Origin: Convolutriloba macropyga
Lineage: Eukaryota
Length of the DNA stretch: 64,000 nucleotides
Reading direction: 5' to 3'
NCBI RefSeq assembly: GCF_964194025.1
Contig: NC_134477.1
Location: 60,512,001-60,576,000, forward strand
Shown here: in pieces, positions 12,294 to 25,480 of the stretch
How positions within the stretch are numbered: position 1 is the first letter of the stretch
How the letters are laid out: each line of letters opens with the position of its first letter
Made by a program: the position numbers and the translations under genes
The notes under the pieces: model-generated
Told to the model about the DNA's origin: nothing
The model's database searches: none
Seen by the model: the letters and a program-made list of their open reading frames with translations, nothing else

Positions 12294-13663
12294 ATGAAAA
12301 ATCATTTAGACCGCGACTGCGTGCAACCGCAAACAAGCACCCCCTTCCGTCCCCCCACAAACGACCCATATGAACCGACCCTATCTGACGAAAGCATAGA
12401 ATTGGGTCTAGAGATAGATATGGTCCCAAATCCACAAAATGAAAATGGTACCACTTTTTCTAACACCCGAAAACGGGCCCTTGACGCAGGTGAAACAACC
12501 GAAGCCGCTAGTAAACGCCCTAATGTAGAGCAGCAAAAAGTAAACACCGATAACCAACGAATTGTTTACATTAATTTTGAGGGAGAGAGACCTCGGCTAG
12601 CTACTTTTGCCAACACCATGAACAAACTTACTAAACAAAGAGAACCGGGCAGTGTAAGAGAAATGCCAATGAGAAATGGCGTCTCCATAAAACCTAAAAA
12701 TAAAGAAGCATCGAAATTGCTTACAACACAGAACATCATACAAGAGTTTCAAAAGAAAGAAGTAAAAATTAACTCTAACAGCAACAAAAGCCGAGAAAAA
12801 GTAACTCCGTGCTTTGTAGTCACAAAAGTTTCGCTAGATGTAAGCCTAAACACAATTAAAGAACAACAAGATGAACAAGGAATCAAATCGGAAAAAATAT
12901 TTAGGGTCAAAAGCAGCGTTACAAACCAGGAAACAAGACTAGTTACAGTCCTTACTAAAGAAGAAAACCAAGCAAAAAAAGCAATCACAAATGGGGTAGT
13001 ACTGTGCCTACAAAAATTCAAATGTGAACAATCAAAACAACAACGAAAAGTAGTGCAATGCTTCAAATGCCAAGCACATGGTCACATAGCAGCAAACTGC
13101 GATAACATGCAAAGATGCCCAATATGTGGTGGACACCACCACGTCAAAGATTGAAACCAAAATGAACTTTGCTGCGCAAATTGCATTGAAAAGCACAGCG
13201 CTGCCTATAAAGGTTGCCAAAAGTATAAAGAAGCAAAACCAAAAGCACGCGCTGCTTCATATGCAGAGGCCCTCAAAAATAAACCAGAGAACAAGGACAA
13301 AGAAAGAGCGCAAAAAATAGCAAGTGATGCTCAAACACAAATCAAAAACAATCTCCAGAGCATGCTATAGAGTCACTTTACCAAACTAGAAAACAAAATT
13401 GAACAAACAACAAAGATTGCAAATGAACAACTTAGAATCGACCTCCAGAGTCAAATCGATCAATTAAATATAAACCTGCAAAATACAATAAAAATAAATA
13501 AAAAACGAGAGAAAATATTAGGAAAACAGTCATGGAGGACGTCACAAGAGTGCGATGTGAATTTTTAAAAGACAACAAAATAACAGTAGATGAGGTGAAA
13601 ATGAGACACAAACTAAATAAACTCAGTGAGAACAGAACTAAAAACCAGAACACCCACCACTAA
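12294..13663 (+). pseudogene. LINE ORF1 (Gag-like nucleic-acid-binding protein)
   Basis: Three knuckles CFKCQAHGHIAANC, CPICGGHHHVKD[TGA] and CANCIEKHSAAYKGC are in frame across the TGA at 13152-13154. Further stops downstream; end approximate. Confidence 0.85.
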
Positions 13664-13723
13664 GAGAAACAACAATTTGAAACAACTTCAAAATCAAAAC
13701 GGTATAAAACAAAAAAAAGCAAA

Positions 13724-16405
13724 ATGATTGAAAAACAAAAATCACAAAAAAACACTTATATTCACGCAGCTAAACTGTCGCGGACTAAATAAAAACAAAA
13801 TAGAAATATGAAATATATTGGAAAAAACCCAAGCTGACTTAGCCTGCCTGAACAAAACTCACTTAGGTAGGAAAGAACAACCAAAACTAGAAGGATATAA
13901 CCTAGCAGGAAACACTAAAGACAGCCGCTTAGGATCTGCAATCTACATCAAACACCGATTAAATTACGAACTTATAGAAACAAAAACAGATAAATCAGAG
14001 AGCAAACTAACACAAGAATGTATTACAAAAAAAGTACTTGGATTCTACGTAACAAACATCTAGGTATCACCACATTTAGAAAAAAGAACGGACCTAATCA
14101 CAAAAATAGCAAACAACGAAGCCCACTTAATCACTGGTGATAATAATGTAAAACATCCAATGTTTGGAGCCAATGATCTAACCACTAACAGATTGGGAAA
14201 ATTAATTGAACAATGGCTTGGTGAGGAAAACTATATAATACTAAATATTTATGATTGCACACACAAAGATGGTGGAACACTAGATGTACACCTAGCCAAC
14301 CCTAAACTCACAAGCTTATTCGATAATTTTTATGTCTTCAACGAAAGTCCTAGTGATCACTACCCAAATGTTAGCACCTATAACATAGACAAACCAATCG
14401 AGTCACACAAAAAAGTTAACTGGCAAAAGTACAAAAATCACATCTTGCATAATTCAGATGACCTAGATAGAAACATAACAAACAAAATGAACTTAGAAGA
14501 AATCATAGACAAAATTACACAAAAAATTCAAGCTGCATACAAATAGAGCATATATGTTAACGAACACATAGCCACAAACCATCAAATCAATAAACTGACA
14601 AGAGAAAAGCATAAGTTAGAAAGAAATAGGAACAAACTGAGAAGAAACGACGAAAGAAATACAACCCAACACCAAACAATATGCAATAAGATTAATATAC
14701 TGACAAAAGAAATAAAAAGAATAAGTAAAGAAAACACAACAAGACAACAAATGAAACTAATTGACAAACTAAACCAAGCAAAGAAAGGCAGTTACTTCTG
14801 GAAAGCTGCAAAAATTTTACTCAACCAAAATCAGAAAAACAACGAACAATTACCATTGAATAATCAGGAAGCTGCAGATGCATTCGCTGAAAAACTAAAA
14901 ACAACAATGAAAACAAACGAATCAAAACACATAAGGGAAAAGATCACGAGAAAAATATTTCACTGAAAATAAGAGAAACAAACTTTAAGGCAATCAAACT
15001 AAGTGAAGATGAATGGAAACACACAGAAGTAAAACCTTCAACTCTCAAAAATATATTAGGAAATCGTAAAAATACTGCACCAGGACATGACGGAATAAGC
15101 TATCAAATGATAAAACATTTACCATTAAAAACCTTAGAAAACATAGCACAAACAATTCAAACATCATTACAATTAGGACATGTACCAGCCCAATGGAAAA
15201 TTTCAACCATAACCATGATACCAAAAGTAGGAAAAGATCACAAAACTTTAAAAGGATACAGACTATTATCATTAATATTTTGCCTTGGAAAACTGTGCGA
15301 GAGCATTGTAAACAAACACCTGGTAAACCACTGTGAAAAATTAAACCTGTTCGGTGATCAACAAAGTGCCTTCAGATCTGGCAGATGCACAACAGATAAT
15401 CTTCTAACGCTAACAGGAAAAGCAACAACAAGCTTTAAATGGAAAGGTGCCACAGCTGCTGCATTTTTCGATGTAGAACAAGCTTTTGACTCAGTATGGC
15501 ACGAAGGTATCTTATATAAGCAAATTGAGATTAAAATACCATGGCTGATCACAAAATGGACTAGCAGCTTCCTAAGTAACAGAAAAATTAAAGTAAAATA
15601 CAACCAAGCACTTTCCAAAAGTTTCACAACCGAAGCAGGGGTCCCCCAAGGAAGCATTATAAGCCCAATCTCGTTCAATGTGTATGTAAGCAAACCAAAA
15701 TGTAAAGATACGTCAATTTCACAATATGCAGATAACATCGCAATATACTACACACATGAAAAACAAGAAATAGCTACTAAACACTTACAAATCGCAATTA
15801 AACACTTAGAAAAATGGTGCGAAAAATGGAAAATAGTCCTCAACGCGGGAAAAACAATATATACCATCTTCACTAGACAAATACTGAACACAAATCTAAG
15901 ACTAAGTTTAGGGTCAGAAGACATCAACGTCAGCAAAGAAGTAAAATTTCTTGGACATGATCTCAATTATAAATTGACTCGGACAAAACATGTAAACAAA
16001 ATAGTCGCAAAAATGCAACAAAGAATGAACATGCTAGGACACCTAAAATCAAAAAACATAACACCTAATTTTATCATGTACCTTTATAAAACAATGGTAA
16101 GACCACTATACATGTATGCAAATGCAGCCTGGGCAAATGTAACAAAAAGTGATCTCAACAAGATACAAAGAGAACAAAATAAAGCCATAAGACTTGCATA
16201 TAACCTACCAATGTGGACAAATTTAGATGAACTACATCAAATAGGAAATTTAGAAATAGTGAGCAGAACAATCCAAAAATTAAGCTCGGAATACCTTGCA
16301 AGGACCATAAAACGAAATAAAAACAGTAAAAACATAACAGAAAAACATTTAATAACTTGGAGCCAGGTCAAAATGTTTCAAACTCATTTGCAAAACATTC
16401 TATAG
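13724..16405 (+). pseudogene. LINE ORF2: APE endonuclease plus reverse transcriptase, disrupted
   Basis: QLNCRGL, TGDNN, GTLDV and SDHYP (APE); WK..IPKVGK, Q.AFR, FFDVEQAFDSVWH, GVPQGS and YADN (mutated YADD) (RT). Confidence 0.92.
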
Positions 16406-18550
16406 GTGGATGCGGATGTCTTGGTGTATGACTCGAGGCAGGCGTTAGCTGAAGCCACTAAAAGGGAAAAAGAATAAAAACCTACAAAATTAGGGAAAAA
16501 TTCAAAACAAAGCTGGATGCGGATGTCTTGGGGTATGACTCGAGGCGTTAGCTGAAGCCATTCAAAGTGATAAAGAATAAAAACAAACAAAATTTGGACA
16601 AAATTCAACTCAAAGGTGGATGCGGATGTCTTGGGATATGACTCGAGGCGTTAGCTGAAGCCACTAAAAATGAAAAAGAATAAAAACAAATAAAACGAAA
16701 AAGAATAAAAACAAACAAAATCTGGACAAAATTCAAAACAAAGGTGGATGCGGATGTCTTGGGGTATGACTCGAGGCATTAGCTGAAGCCACTAAAAGCG
16801 AAAAAGAATAAAAACAGAGGAAAAAAATCTGAACAAAATTCAAAACAAACGTGGATGCGGATGTCTTGAGGTATGACTCGAGGCGTTAGCTGAAGCCACT
16901 AAAAGTGAAAAAGAATAAAAACAAACAAAATTAGGGCATAATTCAAAACAAAGATGGATGCGGATGTCTTGGGGTATGACTTGAGGCGTTAGCTGAAGCC
17001 ATTCAAAATGAAAAAGAATAAAAACAAACAAAATTAGGGCATAATTCAAAACAAAGGTGGATGCGGATGTCTTGGGGTATGACTCGAGGCGTTAGCTGAA
17101 GCCATTCAAAGTGATAAAGAATAAAAACAAACAAAATTTGGACAAAATTCAACTCAAAGGTGGATGCGGATGTCTTGGGATATGACTCGAGGCGTTAGCT
17201 GAAGCCACTAAAAATGAAAAAGAATAAAAACAAATAAAACGAAAAAGAATAAAAACAAACAAAATCTGGACAAAATTCAAAACAAAGGTGGATGCGGATG
17301 TCTTGGGGTATGACTCGAGGCATTAGCTGAAGCCACTAAAAGCGAAAAAGAATAAAAACAGAGGAAAAAAAATCTGAACAAAATTCAAAACAAACGTGGA
17401 TGCGGGTGTCTTGAGGTATGACTCGAGGCGTTAGCTGAAGCCACTAAAAGTGATAAAGAATAAAAACAAACAAAATTTGGACAAAATTCAACTCAAAGGT
17501 GGATGCGGATGTCTTGGGATATGACTCGAGGCGTTAGCTGAAGCCACTAAAAATGAAAAAGAATAAAAACAAATAAAACGAAAAAGAATAAAAACAAACA
17601 AAATCTGGACAAAATTCAAAACAAAGGTGGATGCGGATGTCTTGGGGTATGACTCGAGGCGTTAGCTGAAGCCACTAAAAGCGAAAAGGAATAAAAACAG
17701 AGGAAAAAAATCTGAACAAAATTCAAAACAAATGTGGATGCGGATGTCTTGGGGTATGACTCGAGGCGTTAGCTGAAGCCACTAAAAGTGAAAGAGAATA
17801 AAAACAAACAAAATTAGGGCATAATTCAAAACAAAGGTCGATGCGGATGTCTTGGGGTATGACTCGAGGCGTTTGCTGAAGCCAATCAAAATTAAAAGGA
17901 ATAAAAACAATTAAAATTTAGACAAAATTCAAAACAAAGGTAGATGCGGATGTCTTGGGGTATGACTCGAGGCGTTAGCTGAAGCCATTCAAAGTGAAAA
18001 AGAAAAAAAAAAACAAAATTTAGGACAAAATTCAAATCAAAGTTGGATGTGGATGTCTTGGGGTATGACTCGAGGCGTTAGCTGAAGCCATTCAAAATGA
18101 AAAAGAATAAAAACAAACAAAATTAGGACAAAATTCAAAACAAAAGTGGATGCGGATGTCTTGGGGTATGACTCGAGGCGTTAGCTGAAGCCATTCAAAA
18201 TGAAAAAGAATAAAAACAAACAAAATTAGAACAAAATTCAAAACAAAGGTGGATGCGGATGTCTTGGGGTATGACTCGAGGCGTTAGCTGAAGCCTTCCA
18301 AAATTAAAAAGAAAAGAAACAAACAAAATTTGTACAAAATTCAAAACAAAGGTGGATGCGGATGTCTTAGGGTATGACTCGAGGCGTTAGCTGAAGCCAT
18401 TCAATATGAAAAAGAATACAAAACAAACAAAAATAGGACAAAATTCAAAACAAAGGTGAATGCGGATGTCTTGGGGTATGACTCGAGGCGTTAGCTGAAG
18501 CCATTCAAAATGAAAAAGAATAAAAACAAAGTTAGGGTAAAATTCAAAAA
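16405..18550 (+). repeat. Tandem array of 20 conserved ~52-nt hairpin units separated by A-rich linkers (LINE 3' UTR)
   Basis: Unit GGTGGATGCGGATGTCTTGGGGTATGACTCGAGGCGTTAGCTGAAGCCAYT; periods about 103, 108 and 127 bp. Confidence 0.92.
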
Positions 18551-18668
18551 ACACACTGCCCGGGCTAATCTCTGGTTAGAATTTTTTTTGATTTTTTTTG
18601 CGCTAACATATATGTATGTGTGCCTGGATGCCTAATATGTAAAGAACTGATGGACCTCGCATCAAGAA

Positions 18669-19345
18669 TGATCAGTGTGGGAGACTAGACTGATCATGGG
18701 AATCAGTGTAGGTCTTGAAGCTGATCTAACCCCAGGGTACCAGTAAGGGAGGGCAGCATGATCACGGTAACCATGCTGTGGCCTCGATACAGACCCACAC
18801 TCTAACAACACATTGTATTTTTTTATAATAATAAAGGACACTACAACTCAAAATATAGAATAAATGACACTATAATAAAAAATAGAATAAACTAAAATAC
18901 AGCTAGCTTTCAACTTAGAATAGAAAACGATGCAATATCTATATAGAATAAACGACACTGAAACTTTGGACTTTGAACATTCAATAAGGCAACCAAACAG
19001 GCTACCACGGAATTACTAAACTTGTTCTAACCACACCATCCAAGAGGGGAAAATTGAATTCTAACTTAATTTTTTTTGTTTTATTTTAGCGCGCCTCTAC
19101 AGACCGCAGAAAGAAAGGACCGAAACTGCTGATGACTGATCAGTGTGGGAGACTAGACTGATCACAGGAATCAGTCTAGGTCTTGAAGCTGATCTAACTC
19201 CAGGGTACCAGTAAGGGAGGGCAGCATGATCGTGGGAATCATGCTGAGGCCTTGATACTGGCCCCATACTCTAACTCCAGGGCACCAGTAAGGGAGGGCA
19301 GCATGATCACGGGAACCACGCTGAGGCCTTGATACTGGTCCCACA
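18669..19345 (+). ncRNA. Five related ~60-65 nt hairpins (family B) in LINE 3' UTR, putative structured RNA
   Basis: Upper stems CTAGACTGAT/ATCAGTCTAG and CAGCATGAT/ATCATGCTG; loops CATGGGA, CACGGTA, CACAGGA, CGTGGGA, CACGGGA. Confidence 0.6.
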
Positions 19346-19429
19346 CTCTGTTCTCGCTTGGGAACAACCACTCACCCCCGCAAGGGCGAAAATAACCGCC
19401 TCAATAAGAGGTAAAAACTACAAGCCTTT

Positions 19430-19626
19430 GTACTCTCAGTGCACGGGCCGGCTGCTCGTCCTCTGAAACGGAGGGCTTGCTGTCGGTGGTGCACTGGGAG
19501 TGCATCTCTTTCTCTTTCTCACTATAAACATCAAAACCAACAACAAGTCACCGTACTCTGAGTGCACAAGCCGGTTGCTGGTTCTCTGAAAGGGGGGGCT
19601 GGCTGCCGGAGGTGCACTGGGGGCGC
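19430..19626 (+). ncRNA. Two ~74-nt hairpins (family C) in LINE 3' UTR
   Basis: GTACTCTCAGTGCAC...GTGCACTGGGAGTGC basal stem with (G)AAA apical loop, at 19430-19503 and 19553-19626. Confidence 0.55.
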
Positions 19627-22600
19627 CTCTCTTTTTTCCTTCTTCTTTTTGTTTTCTCTTTGTCTCTTCCCTCGTTATTCTTCCCCACTCCTCCACTCCT
19701 CCACTCTCTCCCTACTCCTCCACTCTACTCCTCCACTCCTCCACTCTCTCCTCCACTCTCTCCCACTCTCTCCCCCCACACCCTCTCTCCTAAACTCCCT
19801 CTAAAACCACCTTCCTGAAACCCCACGCCCCCTCCGTTCTTCCCCAAAACTCCATAACCAAATTTTCCATCCAAACCAACCTCCCTGCCTCCTTTCCTCC
19901 AGACATGTACCCAATATAACCACAAAAAACCAACGAAAATACCAAAACCAAATGCAAACCAAAGTGAAAGCGCGGTTTAAAAGGTGGTGTAAACTAACAA
20001 CTAAGAAATCGCAACTACCAGTTCACTGCTAATTGAACACATTAATAATAATAATTATAATCAAACAAAAACGCTTGTCTTCGTGGTTAAATATTTTGTT
20101 TGATATTTTTAGCAGACTTTTTTCAAACTTTTAAAACTGTCAATTTAAACTTAAACTATGTAAAAAGCTAGTTTTACGGATTTTTCTGACTTTCAAAGAC
20201 GTTCAATTGGCTGGCTAGAAAAGACCCTCAACTATCTTTGTCCTTTTTTTTGCTGAAAGTGAATTTTTTTACGGTGAATCTGCGGATGAGTTTTATGTTG
20301 CTGTTGGTGAAGCGCATTTTTTCTAGGAGAATCTGCAATTTGATTGACATCAATTGTTTTTTAAACAATATTTCAGATTCAACAACAGCAAAGAGATAGA
20401 AAATGAACACTTTTGAAACTGTCTTATATTTATCTAAGTTACGTAGACACAAACAGCCAAAAATATTTTTTGTCCTTTGTTTGCTTAAAATGACTTTTTG
20501 ACGGGTGGACCTCTGGACGAAAATTTCCTGCAGTGGCTGAAGCAGAGGTTTTCTAGGAGAATGTACAATTTGATTGAAATCAGTTGTCGTCAGAAAAGTT
20601 TTCATAATCAGGATCAGCAAAAAAACTAAAATTGGAGAAATTGGTGCTGATATGATTCTTTTTAACATAAGCACACTCATTCAATCTATTTGCTAGTTCA
20701 TGCAGTATTGTTGTTGTACTTCCTCAGTTTGTAACCAACTGCGTTTCCCCGTATGTAAGCAGACACATTGACCACGCATAAATCAAGTGCAATCCGTTCA
20801 ATGACAATAGGAGCCCAGCAAGAAGGGTATAGCCCATAGCTAACATATATTGCACTCAAGGTGGTGGGATTTAACTTAGCTCTTGAAGGTTTTAGTTCAA
20901 CCTAAAATCAACATGATTTTTTGCCCCAAACTTGGTGGATTTTAATAGGAATTGACTCATTCTCGTTTAGTTATCAATGATTTTCTCGAAACTTTTTAAA
21001 GAAAAAATCGAGGAAAAACGTTTGTCTTGATGGTTAAACTTTTTCTTGATACATTTTTAGCAGATATTTTTCGAAATTTTAGTAAAATTAAATTGAAACA
21101 ATGTAAAAATTGATAACAATTTTTAAGATTCTTTAAGAGATAAAACAACATTTTTTGGAAGTGCTAAATTTCCTCTACATTTTTTCATTTTTCCCAAGCC
21201 TTCCAAAGAATTCATTCAGAAATCGTGAAGACAATTTTACTTTTAGTTAGGGTTCGAAAATCCAGAAATAAGCTAGCATTAACAGCAGTCAACGGTTACT
21301 ATACCAATAATTTTACAGACAGAGCAACTAATTGTTATCCTATCAAACCGTTAAAGTATATAAACATTGAACACCCCAGTCAAAACTGTTTGCAGACATT
21401 TTTGCTTTGAGGTTGGAAAAATAGTGTAAAAATTGTACCTAATGAAAACGGTTGAATGCCAAAACGGTCTTTTTTCATTTTTTTTCTGTTCTGGAAACTC
21501 AACTTTCCATTACAATTTATCAGAAGTTTAAATTGAAGATAAACTCAGGCTGCATAAAAAATTAATGGTTGAAAAAATATCGATTGCCTAATATTGATAC
21601 AAGTTAAATAAACATAATCGAATAATGTGGGGCGAATATCTTTAAGCAAACCGCAAAATGTTGGCTTTGCTGCTAAGTGGCTGTCACTTAGTGATGATAG
21701 AATTTGAGGTCGGGGCTGAGTGGAGCGGTGTTGGTAAGAATCGATGATAGCTGGGACTTTAGTTGGTATGCCTGAATGAGAGGGTGTCAAAATTGACAGG
21801 TCCAGGAGCTTGTACTTAGGACATTTTGGTGTGTGCCGAGGTGGTGGTTGAGTTGAATGTGTTAGGGATAAGTGGAAATAGGGTTACTGAGGGGAGAAAA
21901 GGGGTGTTTAAAATTAAAATTTATGAACCGCCCTTCATATCATAAATTTGTCTCCTCAAAACGATTTTGATGAATTTAACTCTTCAAGACTGGCAAGGCT
22001 TAGGGCTCTCAGAGAGTTCAATGCAATTTACGGAAGAAGGAGTCCTAATACTACAAAGAGTGCAATGAAAAATGAAATAAATTCAATTTCCTTGAAAAAT
22101 CCCATTGTGTTATCATGGTGTTTTAAAATCTGGAGTTATAATATTTAAAGCTAGGATTTCAGTAGTCTTCTGTCTTTTTGAGAGAAAATTGTCAAGTTTT
22201 CAAAGAATCAAGTCAAGTTTATCGATTTTTTGTCAATCGATGTTCAGAACGTTAAGAGGAAAACTGTTGAAAAAAATCTAAATCTGTTATAACTGCCAAC
22301 AGATGATGCGTTGGTTGGTTTTAGCAGTTCAAACTTAAATTCTTGTTATGTAATTTTTCTTCAAAGGACACTTAATTGGATCTAGATTATTTTTAACGTT
22401 CTGAAAAATTAGCAAATTTCTACAATTTCAACAGTTTTATAAAATTTTCTGATTTTTTAATGTAGACCAGTGATATCTGTAATGAAGATGCAAAATAGCT
22501 TCCAAATTGTATCCAACAGTTGAAATTTGGACTGGCAAATACACCTACAAACAAAAGCAGTTTCAAAGTTGGTTCATATTGAAACAGAAACACATATAGA

Positions 22601-24083
22601 ATCAGTCTCTGCAAAAAATGACAATTCATTCCGCAATATTTTATCGGAAGAGATGTTTTGAAAAGCACAAGGAAAATCTAAACACATCTGATTTTAACTC
22701 TTTTTTCCTTTCTGCAAAAATGAGAGCGTAAAAAGTCTTGTAGCTCTTTTAAACAGACTAAGTCGCTAGTCTTAGGACAAATCTTGACCTTCAAACACGT
22801 CCAATTGGCTGACTAGAAAACACCCGGAACTATCGTTGCCTTTTTGTTTGCTTAAAATGACTTTTTGACGGTGGATCTGCTGAAGCGGAGGTAATGTACG
22901 AGAATCCAAAGTTTAGTGGATAGCATTTGTCCTCAAACGAATAGATTGCCGGAAAATAGCTGCCGTTGGTTCCAATAAGCATGCTTGGGATTGAAAGATT
23001 AAAAGATATTAAAAAATAATTTTGTACTAAAACTTTTTAAGTCCGATTTATTTTGATGGCATTTCGTAGTTGAACATACTTTTGTTTCTTAGAGAGAGAC
23101 TACAAGGCTACTGTAAATACCAATAAGCATTAGGTATGGTAACTAAGACTTATATGAACGACGTTCAAATAGCGGACATCTAAAATTGGGCTTTATGGGT
23201 TTATCCCGTTTCTAAATCTGACTTCAATTTTTTATACTGACTCTGTTCATTTTGAATTGCTTTGCTGAGCAACTGATGTTCGAAATCACTTTTGGCAGAA
23301 TGAGAGAAGAGAGAAACTAGCCTAGAGAAGTCAAAAAGATTTCACGCAAAATGTTGAAAAAGCGGCAAAATGAGGAAAAGCAAAACATTTTTTTTTGTTC
23401 GACGAAGTAAAAAACATAGCAGGACAAGTCCTGAAATATAATTTGAAGAATTGAATAAAAAACTCAGACGTACTCCACGTGACCAGCAGATTAATTGAAA
23501 AATGCCAGCGAGAACGCAAAAATCATCTCAAGAAATTGAGAAACTAAAAGATTCAAAACTAAACAAAAACATACTCATTGCTAAAACTTTTGAAGCTTAT
23601 AAAACTAAGGTAAATTTTTTCCCTATATAAATACCTATTTGAAAATTATGTTCAAACCAGTTTTTGTATCTGAAATCGTTCCAGTATTTTATCTGCAAGA
23701 CCTGAAAAATATTCATTGGCCTTTAACTCAAAAATGAACAAAAATTTTAAGATATAAAGGAATCAATTGCAAATTATAAAGAAATGTTGCTGAAAATCGT
23801 GATATAAATACCTTCAGAATCATTTCTGTGTCTCTAGGGGCTATCCAGTAACCCAATTCCAAGCTGTAAAACTCATTGGCTCATAGATCGATAGGCATTA
23901 ATTTTTAGAAAAATTTTCAATCTTCAAAAATAGAAATTCGTTCTATTAAATGTTGAAAGCCATTCATTTGCCCCCTAGCAACTATTTAATAAAATACTGT
24001 AAAACCCTAGATGAGGTTACCTGGCTACTGAGGCAAGAGAAAATAAATAAAATACAAATGTTTTCAAAAAATTGAAAAAAAAA

Positions 24084-25480
24084 GCAAATTCTATCAATAA
24101 AGCTTCTAAAAGAGCAAATCTTAAATTGTTGGAGAAAATTCTATTAAATCTAAAACCGTGCATTACCTTTTTATCAGAATGCTGAAGAGGTTTTCTTGCA
24201 CTTGAGAATGGACGAATATCGAAAACTGACAAAAACGTTAAGAAACCCTAAAAAAGTTGCAGATTTTATCGAAAAAATTCTGAAATTCGAGAGATTAAAA
24301 GATTAAAAACCATTCCATTGTTACTAGAAACTACGCAGCGCCCTAATAACAAACCTCAAGGAGGATTGCCTGGTCCCTGAAAATGAAAAAAATTAAAAAT
24401 GATTAAAGTTTTCAAAAACATGAAAAAAATGCGTACTTTGTCCAAAAAAATTGCTAAAATTTGTGTTATTCAAAAGTTGAAACCTATTCCATCGCACTTA
24501 AAAATTTTTGAGTAAACTATTATCAAACCGGTTTTGAGATTTTCTGGCCCCTGGGACTCAAACAACTTGAAAAATGACAATAATTGTCAAAAAATATGAA
24601 AAAAATTGCAAGTTTTGTCTAAAACTCAGGATGGCAAAAAGTTGAAAACTATTCCATTACCATCAGAAACTATGCAGTAATGTATCATCAAACCCTGTAT
24701 CAAACCCTAGAGAAGGCTTCGTAACTCCTAGGGCTAAAAAAATCAAAAAATGACAAACATTTAAAAAAAAAAGAAAAAAAAATGCAAATTCTATCAATAA
24801 AGATTCTAAAAGAGCAAATCTTAAATTGTTGGAGAAAAATCTATTGAATCTAAAACCGTGCATTACCTTTTTATCAGAATGCTGAATAGGTTTTCTTGCA
24901 CTTGAGAATGGACGAATATCGAAAACTGACAAAAACGTTAAGAAACCCTAAAAAAGTTGCAGATTTTACCGAAAAAATTCTGAAATTCGAGAGATTAAAA
25001 GATTAAAAACCATTCCATTGTTACTAGAAACTACGCGGCGCCCTAATAACAAACCTCAAGGAGGATTGCCTGGTCCCTGAACATGAAAAAAATTAAAAAT
25101 GTTTAAAGTTTTCAAAAACATGAAAAAAATGCGTACTTTGTCCAAAAAAATTGCTAAAATTTGTGTTATTCAAAAGTTGAAACCTATTCCATCGCACTTA
25201 AAAATTTTTGAGTAAACTATTATCAAACCTGTTTTGAGATTTTCTGGCCCCTGGGACTCAAACAACTTGAAAAATGACAATAATTGTCAAAAAATATGAA
25301 AAAAATTGCAAGTTTTGTCTAAAACTCAGGATGGCAAAAAGTTGAAAACTATTCCATTACCATCAGAAACTATGCAGTAATGTATCATCAAACCCTGTAT
25401 CAAACCCTAGAGAAGGTTTCGTGACTCCTAGGGCTAAAAAACTCAAAAAATGACAAACAATTTCAAAAAAAAAATAAAAA
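24084..25480 (+). repeat. Tandem duplication, about 700-bp unit, two copies
   Basis: GCAAATTCTATCAATAA... recurs at 24084 and 24784 with near-identical continuation. Confidence 0.9.

Larger units (their letters stand above)
11670..20058 (+). mobile_element. Full-length non-LTR retrotransposon (Jockey-like LINE), about 8.39 kb
   Basis: 24-bp TSD AATCAAACAAAAACGCTTGTCTTC at 11646-11669 and 20059-20082. (TAA)n-like tail at 20041-20058. ORF1 with CCHC knuckles; ORF2 APE-RT without RNase H. Confidence 0.92.

Noticed and set aside
13152-13154. Selenocysteine TGA at a zinc-knuckle Cys decoded by downstream SECIS-like hairpins
   Set aside because: The hairpins lack the AUGA/GA quartet geometry and apical AA motif. 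The copy has many other nonsense mutations, so a TGY to TGA change is the simpler explanation.
16405-18550. CRISPR array
   Set aside because: The spacers are homologous A-rich linkers rather than unique sequences, the context is a eukaryotic LINE, and there are no cas genes.
19115-19175. Hammerhead ribozyme (GAAA and CTGATGA present)
   Set aside because: Only 3 nt separate GAAA from CTGATGA and no GAAA follows a stem II, so the three-helix topology cannot form.
19436-19696. Antisense ORF with two PSAPP late-domain-like motifs
   Set aside because: The motifs are the translation of the duplicated family C hairpins, with no other coding evidence.
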